Shown one piece after another: positions 56,956-64,000 of a stretch of 64,000 nucleotides of DNA (position 1 is its first letter; every line of letters starts with the position of its first letter). Below the pieces are notes generated by a model that ran no database searches, had not been told where the DNA came from, and saw nothing but the letters and a program-made list of their open reading frames with translations. Made by a program: the position numbers and the translations under genes. Location of the stretch: the NCBI GenBank assembly GCA_964394645.1, contig CAYMYC010000001.1:274052-338051 (forward strand). Direction: 5' to 3'. The stretch is from an uncultured Gammaproteobacteria bacterium. Its GTDB lineage: Bacteria; Patescibacteriota; Microgenomatia; Levybacterales; GWA1-39-11.

Positions 56956-58701
56956 ATGAGGAAACAAAAAAAGATATTTACAGAGCTACTGCCAGCGTTA
57001 CTCGTTATCGGGTTGTGTATATTTTCTATTTTACCCCTCTTTCATCCTGGTTTTTTTACAATGCATGATGATGAGCAGATCGCGCGACTATATGATTTAT
57101 CTAGGGCAATTCAGGGAGGCGAATTTCCGCCCAGAATATCACCAAACTTAGGATTTGGTTATGGGTATCCGTTTTTTAATTTTTACCCTTCATTTGCATA
57201 TTATGTGGGTGGACTTTTTTATCTTATTGGGTTTTCACTCATCACATCTACAAAGCTTATGATTGCTACATCCCTTGTTTTATCAGCAATATTTATGTAC
57301 ATTCTTGTAAAAGAAATATTTGGGAAAAATGCAGGTATTGTATCTGGTGTTGCGTACACATACGCATCGTACCATGCGGTAGATGTATATGTTAGGGGTG
57401 CATTTGCTGAATCATTTTCATTTGTATTTATTCCTCTCTTATTTTTTGCATGTTACAAGTTGGCTATTACCTTAAAATATAGATACGTTCTCATAGGAGC
57501 ATCGGCAGTTGCAGGATTAGTATTGAGTCATAATTTGGTAGCTCTTATGAGTTTTCCCTTTATTGCTATTTGGCTTTTATATCTTTTGTATATCTCCAAG
57601 AGAAAGAAAATTTTTATACTATTTTCAGTTCTTTTATTTTTCCTTGGACTTGGACTGTCTTCATACTTTTGGTTGCCGTCTTATTTTGAGAGAAATAATA
57701 CTTTAGTAAACATACTCACATCAGAGCTCGCAAATTATAGTTTACACTTTGTTTGTACATATCAATTATGGGATTCTATGTGGGGATTTGGTGGTTCTAT
57801 TCCTAGTTGTTTTGATGGTATCTCCTTTGAGATTGGGAAAGTGGTTATTGTATTGTCAATTTTTTCAACAGCCTTTTCCATAATTGGATTATATCTTGAA
57901 AGACGAAAAAGAAGCAGGAGAGTTACTCAGATGTTATATGTTCTCATATTTTTCATTATGTTTCTTCTAAGCGTATTTCTAATGGTGAAGTTCTCGCGAC
58001 CTATATGGGATTTAATTGTCCCTTTGTGGTATGTGCAGTTTCCATGGCGTTTTTTATTGTTTGCTTCGTTTTTTTCATCAATTTTAGCAGGAAGCGTACT
58101 TATATTTATAAAGAACCAAAAGATTCAAGTAGGCATTGGGTTTGCTATCATTATGATTATTATTATGGCTAATTTATCGAGGTTTACTCCTGACCGTTTT
58201 TTTAATGCAGATGATAATTACTATACAAATTTTGAAAAGATAAGGTGGGAGACAAGTAGCCTTGCGTATGAGTATGTACCGAAAGGAGTAAGGACAAAAA
58301 AATCAGACATTGGGACAACACTTATTGATATTAATAAAAACGAAATTGCTTCCCGCTCAGCAGAAGTAAAAAAAGGAGAAATTTTCTATAAAGAACTTGC
58401 AAATAAAACATATTATAAAAAATTTGATGTAAACGCTTTAACTCCTGGAGTATTACAGGTAAATACATATTCATTTCCAGGTTGGAAGGTGTTTGTGGAC
58501 GGAGTGGAAATTGAATACAGAGATGATAATAAGCTAAAACTGATTCAAATTGATCTTAAGAGTGGGAAATATATCCTTGAAGCTCGGTTCGTGAATACAC
58601 AAGTAAGAACTATTGGAAATTCTATATCGGGAATTAGTATAATAGTACTAGTTGGCAGTGGAATATTTATGATGTACAGAAAAAAATATGACAAAACTTA
58701 A
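56956..58701 (+). CDS. uncharacterised GT-C-like polytopic membrane protein, family member B
   Basis: MHDDEQ ... FPPRIS ... FGYGYPFFNFYP ... DVYVRGAFAESFSF; C-terminal FPGWKVFVDGVEIE. Confidence 0.45.
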   Translation: MRKQKKIFTELLPALLVIGLCIFSILPLFHPGFFTMHDDEQIARLYDLSRAIQGGEFPPRISPNLGFGYGYPFFNFYPSFAYYVGGLFYLIGFSLITSTKLMIATSLVLSAIFMYILVKEIFGKNAGIVSGVAYTYASYHAVDVYVRGAFAESFSFVFIPLLFFACYKLAITLKYRYVLIGASAVAGLVLSHNLVALMSFPFIAIWLLYLLYISKRKKIFILFSVLLFFLGLGLSSYFWLPSYFERNNTLVNILTSELANYSLHFVCTYQLWDSMWGFGGSIPSCFDGISFEIGKVVIVLSIFSTAFSIIGLYLERRKRSRRVTQMLYVLIFFIMFLLSVFLMVKFSRPIWDLIVPLWYVQFPWRFLLFASFFSSILAGSVLIFIKNQKIQVGIGFAIIMIIIMANLSRFTPDRFFNADDNYYTNFEKIRWETSSLAYEYVPKGVRTKKSDIGTTLIDINKNEIASRSAEVKKGEIFYKELANKTYYKKFDVNALTPGVLQVNTYSFPGWKVFVDGVEIEYRDDNKLKLIQIDLKSGKYILEARFVNTQVRTIGNSISGISIIVLVGSGIFMMYRKKYDKT

Positions 58702-59398
58702 AGAGCTATCAATTTTCTTTCCATTTTGGAATGAGGAAAAAAACATTGAACGAGTAGTAACAAGCGCAATTCCAGTAGCTGAAAAGTATGCACAAAAATG
58801 GGAGATCATCATGGTTGATGATGGGTCCAAGGATCATACATATGCGCTCGCTGAAAAATTAGCAAAAAATCATAAGAATTTACGTGTTGTGAGTCATACT
58901 CCAAACATTGGATATGGATCGGCTTTAAAAGAGGGGTTTTTAAACGCAAAATATAATATTACGGTATTTACTGACGGGGATGCGCAATTTGATTTTTCTG
59001 AGATATACAAATTTGTTGATCTTATTCAGGATGCAGATATAGTAATAGGGTATAGAAAAAAAAGACGGGATAGTTATGGACGACATATATTAATGCATCT
59101 ACTAAAGATTTGGGATTACTTGTTCTTTAGGTTCTACTACAGAGATATAGATTGTGGGTTTAAGATGTTTAAGAAAGAAGCATTGGAGAAAATAATGCCT
59201 CTGCGTTCTGATGGAGCAATGATAACAACTGAGATTTTAGCAAAAGCGAAGAAAAAAAAGTTGATAATAAAAGAAGTTGAAGTTGAGCACTATCCGAGAA
59301 AATATGGTGCTCAGACGGGTGCAAATGTAAGTGTTGTTGTGCGTGCTATACTTGAAAGTTTTATATTGTGGTGGGATATTAAAAATTCTAGATTTTAA
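58688..59398 (+). CDS. GT2 glycosyltransferase (polyprenol-phosphate sugar synthase-like)
   Basis: IIMVDDGSKDHT ... DxD-like FTDGDAQ. Confidence 0.75.
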   Translation: MTKLKELSIFFPFWNEEKNIERVVTSAIPVAEKYAQKWEIIMVDDGSKDHTYALAEKLAKNHKNLRVVSHTPNIGYGSALKEGFLNAKYNITVFTDGDAQFDFSEIYKFVDLIQDADIVIGYRKKRRDSYGRHILMHLLKIWDYLFFRFYYRDIDCGFKMFKKEALEKIMPLRSDGAMITTEILAKAKKKKLIIKEVEVEHYPRKYGAQTGANVSVVVRAILESFILWWDIKNSRF

Positions 59399-59406
59399 TA
59401 TTTAGC

Positions 59407-60912
59407 TTGCCATTCAATTTCAACTATATCATGCAAGAGTCAGATGAATCAGGAGTCATACAATTTGAAATTATTGCAAAAAAATCTGTTAAAGGAATTT
59501 TTGCATTAACTTCACGAACTTTTCTAATTCAGATTCTATCAATTGTAACAAGTGTAATTCTTAGTATCTATTTATCCCCAGCTACTTTTGGAGTATTCTT
59601 TGTCGTGTCTGCAATTGTTGTATTTCTAAAATATTTTCAAGATATTGGTCTTGCCGCGAGTTTAATTCAGAAGAAGAAGGAGCCGACAGTTATTGAGTTA
59701 AGGTCAACATTTTTCATTCAACAGTTATTAGTATTAGGAGTGACTATTCCGGCAATTATATTCGCAAAACAAATTGCATTTTTTTATAAACTAGATTTTG
59801 ACGGACTTATATTGCTTTATGCATTGCTTTTTTCATTTATCGCTTCTTCCCTAAAAACAATTCCCACAATATTACTTGAGAGAAAATTAGAATTTAATAA
59901 ACTGGTTCTTCCAGAAATAGTTGAGAATATTGCCTATAACGCTTGTCTAATTGTGCTAGCAGTTTTAGGACTAGGTATTAAAAGTTTTACCGTTGCCGTG
60001 CTGGCAAGGAGCATATTAGGGCTAATAGTCATATATTGGATACAGCCATGGCCGATAGGTATTGCCTTAAATAAGAAGTCAATAAAACAATTGCTTACGT
60101 TCGGTATCCCGTTTCAGGCGAATTCATTCCTTGCGTTATTTAAAGATAATTTATTTGATTTATATTTAGCAAAGGTGCTTACTGCAACTCAATTAGGCTA
60201 TGTAGGTTTTTCTCAAAAGTGGGCGTATATGCCTCTCAGACTATTTATGGATAATATTATAAAAGTTACATTCCCTTCGTTTAGTAGACTACAACATGAT
60301 AAGCAAGCGTTAGGAAGAGCAATTGAAAAGACACTTTTTTTAACCTCAACAGTTATGATCCCAACAGTTGTGATAATCGTACTATTCTCTCCATATTTAG
60401 TTGCTTTTTTCTCTGAATATAAAAAATGGGAGCCTGCCATTCTTTCTTTGACCTTCTTCTCTCTTAGTACTGTTATGTCATCCCTATCTACCCCGCTTAC
60501 CAATATTCTAAACGCAATTGGAAAGGTAAAAATTACATTGTATTTTATGATATTCTGGACTATTTTAACCTGGGTAATAAGTCCTCTGTTTATAATTTTA
60601 TATGGGTATAATGGTGTAGCCCTTGCTTCATTTATTATTTCCTTGTCGTCCGTTCTCGTATTCTTTATTGCGAGAAGCTTCGTATCATTTAGAATCGTGA
60701 AACCACTTTATCCATCTTTTGTAGCTGGAATTGGAATGTTTATATTTACATTATTTACTCAAAATATCATATTAAATATTCCTCTTCTTTTTATAGGTGT
60801 TTTTCTTTCATCCCTCTTTTACATATCAGTTCTTTATCTTCTTGCTAAAAATGAAATACATAAAACTATAACTTTTGTTCGTGTGAGTGTGAAAAAGGAG
60901 GAACAGGCATGA
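59407..60912 (+). CDS. MOP/Wzx-type oligosaccharide flippase
   Basis: About 12-14 TM helices with a polysaccharide-biosynthesis-protein-like topology and size (501 aa). Confidence 0.6.
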   Translation: MPFNFNYIMQESDESGVIQFEIIAKKSVKGIFALTSRTFLIQILSIVTSVILSIYLSPATFGVFFVVSAIVVFLKYFQDIGLAASLIQKKKEPTVIELRSTFFIQQLLVLGVTIPAIIFAKQIAFFYKLDFDGLILLYALLFSFIASSLKTIPTILLERKLEFNKLVLPEIVENIAYNACLIVLAVLGLGIKSFTVAVLARSILGLIVIYWIQPWPIGIALNKKSIKQLLTFGIPFQANSFLALFKDNLFDLYLAKVLTATQLGYVGFSQKWAYMPLRLFMDNIIKVTFPSFSRLQHDKQALGRAIEKTLFLTSTVMIPTVVIIVLFSPYLVAFFSEYKKWEPAILSLTFFSLSTVMSSLSTPLTNILNAIGKVKITLYFMIFWTILTWVISPLFIILYGYNGVALASFIISLSSVLVFFIARSFVSFRIVKPLYPSFVAGIGMFIFTLFTQNIILNIPLLFIGVFLSSLFYISVLYLLAKNEIHKTITFVRVSVKKEEQA

Positions 60913-61820
60913 TAAGTGTTGTAATCTCTGCATATAATGAAGAGAAAAATATTGCAGCATGTATAGAATCAGTTGAAAGCTTGGCAAGTGAGGTAATTGT
61001 GGTTGATAACTCCTCAAAGGATGCAACGGCAATGATAGCTAAAAAAAGCGGAGCTAAGGTATATACTCAAGAGAATAATCCAAAAAAGATAGATTTACAA
61101 AAAAATTACGGATTTGATAAGGCGAATGGGGAATGGATATTATCTCTTGATGCGGATGAACGAGTAACCCAGAAGCTTTCGCAAGAAATAAAAAACATAC
61201 TGCAGCAAGAGGATAATGTTAACGGATATTTAATTCCACGTAAAAATATTATCTTTGGTAAATGGATCAGGAATTCTATCTGGTGGCCAGATTATCAGAT
61301 GAGATTATTTAAGAAGGGAAAGGGGAAATTTTTAAAGGCATCTGTTCATAAGCAAATAGAAATTAAGGGTGAAACCAGATATATGAGCGAACCTTTAACT
61401 CATTACAATTATGACAGCGTATCTCAATATGTTTCTCGCATGAATAACATATACACAGAAATAGAGGCGGATACTTTTATGTCAGAAGGGAAAAAATTGC
61501 ATTGGACTGCTGCAATACAGATGCCTATATCTGATTTTATGAAGACGTATTTTTTCCAAAAAGGTTATAGGGATGGACTTCATGGTCTCATTCTCTCAGG
61601 TCTTCAAGCATTCTATATGTTTCTTGTGTTTGCAAAGATATGGGAGAGGCAGGGTTTTTACGATAAAGATTCAAGGGATGTATTAGAGGGAGTAGATCAG
61701 GAGATGAAGATTTTGCGTAAGAATGCTACCTTTTGGATGCTAAAGACAATGCAGGAAAATACTAAGAACCCGTTTAAAAAAGCTATTTATATTTTTGCAA
61801 GAAAAATAAATAAGACCTAG
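60909..61820 (+). CDS. GT2 glycosyltransferase
   Basis: ISVVISAYNEEKNI ... SLDADE DxD motif. Confidence 0.7.
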   Translation: MISVVISAYNEEKNIAACIESVESLASEVIVVDNSSKDATAMIAKKSGAKVYTQENNPKKIDLQKNYGFDKANGEWILSLDADERVTQKLSQEIKNILQQEDNVNGYLIPRKNIIFGKWIRNSIWWPDYQMRLFKKGKGKFLKASVHKQIEIKGETRYMSEPLTHYNYDSVSQYVSRMNNIYTEIEADTFMSEGKKLHWTAAIQMPISDFMKTYFFQKGYRDGLHGLILSGLQAFYMFLVFAKIWERQGFYDKDSRDVLEGVDQEMKILRKNATFWMLKTMQENTKNPFKKAIYIFARKINKT

Positions 61821-61821
61821 T

Positions 61822-62739
61822 ATGAAGAAAATATTTGTTGTAGTGCTCAATTTCAACGGGTGTAAAAACACGGTAGATTGTGTTAAGACATTGCAGGAAG
61901 TACGTTCTCCGCAGGGACATGAGATTATCCCCTTGATTGTGGATAATGCATCAGTGGACGCTTCGGTTTTGACATTTAAATCACAATTTAAAAACATCAC
62001 CCTTATAGAGAATAAAAAAAACCTAGGGTATGCGGGGGGAAACAACACTGGAATACAATATGCGCTAAATCATGATGCGTCACATATTGTTATTTTGAAT
62101 AATGACACTCTTCTTACAAGGTCTTCAATTTTTGAGTTATTTAATTCACTTAAAAAGTATAATTCAGATGTGGCTTGTCCTAAAATATATTTTGAAAAAG
62201 GTTATGAATATCACAAAGATAGATACCAGAAGAGTGAGCTTGGTAAGGTTTTTTGGTTTGCAGGTGCTGAAATGGACTTCGCAAACATAATAGGTCACCA
62301 CAGAGGTGTTGATGAGGTTGATTCCGGGCAATATGACAAAATGACGGATATAAATTTTATAACCGGGGCATGCTTTATTGGAACAAGAGATGTTTTTGAA
62401 AAGGTCGGTATGTTTAATGAAGATTATTTTTTATATTATGAGGATGCTGATCTAAGTATGCGAATTCGAAGTGCAGGATTTAAAATTGCTTTTGCCTCTG
62501 ATGCAATTGTATATCACAAGAATGCTGGGTCCACGGGTGGTTCAGGTTCAAGCCTGCAAGACTATTATATTACAAGAAATAGACTACTTTTCGGAATGCA
62601 TTACGCATCCCGTCGTACAAAGTTTGCATTAGTAAGAGAGAGTATAAGAAACTTAATACAAGGTAGAAAATGGCAAAAAAGGGGAGTAGTTGATTACTAT
62701 TTGCATAGATTGGGCCGCGGAACATATCCCCTTCCATAA
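61822..62739 (+). CDS. GT2 glycosyltransferase (rhamnosyl/WcaA-like)
   Basis: VVVLNFNG ... GGNNTG ... ILNNDT ... YYEDADLSMR motifs. Confidence 0.75.
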   Translation: MKKIFVVVLNFNGCKNTVDCVKTLQEVRSPQGHEIIPLIVDNASVDASVLTFKSQFKNITLIENKKNLGYAGGNNTGIQYALNHDASHIVILNNDTLLTRSSIFELFNSLKKYNSDVACPKIYFEKGYEYHKDRYQKSELGKVFWFAGAEMDFANIIGHHRGVDEVDSGQYDKMTDINFITGACFIGTRDVFEKVGMFNEDYFLYYEDADLSMRIRSAGFKIAFASDAIVYHKNAGSTGGSGSSLQDYYITRNRLLFGMHYASRRTKFALVRESIRNLIQGRKWQKRGVVDYYLHRLGRGTYPLP

Positions 62740-62741
62740 GC

Positions 62742-64000
62742 ATGAATATTCTTAAAAAACATATAGGACTTATTGTAGTTATTTGTATAGGTTTATTGCC
62801 TGTTTTGCCATTATTCCATGAAGGACTGCCAATTACTCATGATGGTCAAGATCATGTTGCAAGGATTGCAAATTTTTATTTAAATTTATCTGAGGGCAAT
62901 ATTATTCCTCGATGGGCAGCAAATCTCAATTGGGGATATGGACATCCAATATTAATGTTTCTCTATCCCGTACCCTCTTATTTAGCATCATTTTTTCATT
63001 TTCTTGGTTTTTCATTGGTTGATTCAGTAAAGATAGTTTTTGGATTAAGCTATATTCTTAGTGGGGTTACAATGTATTTCTTTGTAAGAAACGCATTTTC
63101 AGAAAAAGCAGGAATTTTGTCAGCAGTGCTATATATGTATGCTCCTTATAGGTTCGTTGATTTCTATGTTCGGGGCGCGATTGGTGAGCATGTCGCATTT
63201 ATATTTATTCCACTCATATTGTATTGTGTATATAAATTAGCAAAGAGCAGTTCGCCAATATTTTTATTATTTGGCGGGGCATCAATATTCTGTTTACTAT
63301 TATCACATAATGCTCTGGCATTAATGTTTTTGCCAATAATAATTTCCTACATGTCACTTCTTGTAATTGCGAGTAAACAAAAAGCTATGCTCGCTGTAAG
63401 TTATACCCTCTTTTTGCTTATAGGTTTTGGTTTATCAAGCTTTTTTGTAATGCCCGCTTTTTTTGAAGGAAAGTATACGTTAAGAGATATTGTGACAGGT
63501 AAAGGAGAATATAAAACTGGGTTTGTTAATTTTATTCAATTCGTTATTCCTAGTTGGAGTTATGGAGGGAGTTTGAATTTGTCAAAACAAATAGGGTTAG
63601 TTCAGATAGGAGCGATTATTGTTGCTTCTGTGATATTTTTTAAATCACACATGAAAAGGAATATTTCTTTGTACGCACTTTTCTCTGTAGCGATTTTTAT
63701 GTCTCTTATTCTTATGACCTCGTATTCAAATTTTGTTTGGGAGAAAATTACAATTTTTCAAAAATTTCAATTCCCTTGGAGGTTGTTGTCTGTAGTAGTT
63801 CTTGCAGCAGCCATTCTTCCTGCTTTTGCCTTTCCATATAAGAATAAAAAAATAAGTAAGGGAGCAATTTTGTATCTTTCGGTGATGTGTGCGTTTTCTA
63901 TTATTTTGTATTATCCCTACTATCAAACGCGTGGATACCTAATAAAAGACGAGAGATTTTATTCACAAGTCTACAAAAGTACGACAGATACTGGTGAGAG
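62742..64000 (+). CDS. uncharacterised GT-C-like polytopic membrane protein, family member C (3' partial at window edge)
   Basis: HEGLPITHDGQDH ... NWGYGHPILMF ... DFYVRGAIGEHVAF paralogous to the 55318 and 56956 genes; runs off the window. Confidence 0.45.
   Translation, partial: MNILKKHIGLIVVICIGLLPVLPLFHEGLPITHDGQDHVARIANFYLNLSEGNIIPRWAANLNWGYGHPILMFLYPVPSYLASFFHFLGFSLVDSVKIVFGLSYILSGVTMYFFVRNAFSEKAGILSAVLYMYAPYRFVDFYVRGAIGEHVAFIFIPLILYCVYKLAKSSSPIFLLFGGASIFCLLLSHNALALMFLPIIISYMSLLVIASKQKAMLAVSYTLFLLIGFGLSSFFVMPAFFEGKYTLRDIVTGKGEYKTGFVNFIQFVIPSWSYGGSLNLSKQIGLVQIGAIIVASVIFFKSHMKRNISLYALFSVAIFMSLILMTSYSNFVWEKITIFQKFQFPWRLLSVVVLAAAILPAFAFPYKNKKISKGAILYLSVMCAFSIILYYPYYQTRGYLIKDERFYSQVYKSTTDTGE

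Noticed and set aside
1-64000. CRISPR arrays or cas genes
   Set aside because: No regularly spaced direct repeats were seen anywhere. The only Cas-like protein is a solitary Cas4/RecB-family nuclease coupled to an ABC ATPase, with no repeat array nearby.

Overview
This is an AT-rich bacterial window, roughly one-third GC by eye, read with the standard genetic code. Many genes have weak or absent Shine-Dalgarno sequences, and the right end is dominated by polytopic glycosyltransferase paralogs. Together these hint at a Patescibacteria/CPR-like genome, but that is inference, not a database result.

The window divides into two parts.

(A) About 1-42.3 kb is a mosaic accessory region built from mobile elements and defence genes, in order:
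- At 1.6-6.6 kb, a two-component-like module: a dual-GHKL histidine-kinase-like protein, a receiver-like protein, an HNH nuclease, and an N6-adenine methyltransferase. It resembles Detocs-type defence, but its sensor and effector layout differs from the published form.
- At 7.0-17.0 kb, a phage/satellite-like remnant. It contains large serine recombinase #1, a tight five-gene minus-strand operon of unknown function with an HNH nuclease, a ParB-N-methyltransferase fusion, terminase small and large subunits, and an XRE repressor, but no capsid or tail genes.
- At 18.2-23.0 kb, a stress/efflux cargo block: MarR, an MFS pump, a MacA/MacB remnant, a small K+ channel, an FMN reductase, a quinone oxidoreductase and HxlR.
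- At 23.2-42.3 kb, an integrative/mobilisable element. It carries large serine recombinases #2 and #3, two XRE regulators, a Pif1-like helicase, a minus-strand four-gene defence-like cluster (EcoRI-like adenine methyltransferase, DUF262-HNH, a zinc-hook ABC ATPase with RloC-like architecture, a RecB/Cas4-family nuclease), a cassette-like set of small genes (GIY-YIG, VOC, GNAT) each followed by a conserved ~35-bp hairpin repeat, a replication-relaxation protein and a TraG/VirD4-like coupling ATPase. Recombinase #3 abuts, and its ORF reads through, a minus-strand tRNA-Glu(CUC).

(B) 42.3-64 kb is core-like: trhO, then a plus-strand operon of about 20 kb containing at least nine GT-C-type polytopic membrane glycosyltransferase paralogs (ArnT/PMT-like, YfhO-like, and an uncharacterised three-member family), four GT2 enzymes and a Wzx-like flippase.

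No CRISPR array or rRNA gene was seen. The most interesting candidates for an undescribed system are the HK-REC-HNH module, the five-gene HNH operon inside the phage-like remnant, and the methyltransferase/DUF262-HNH/zinc-hook-ATPase/RecB-nuclease cluster.
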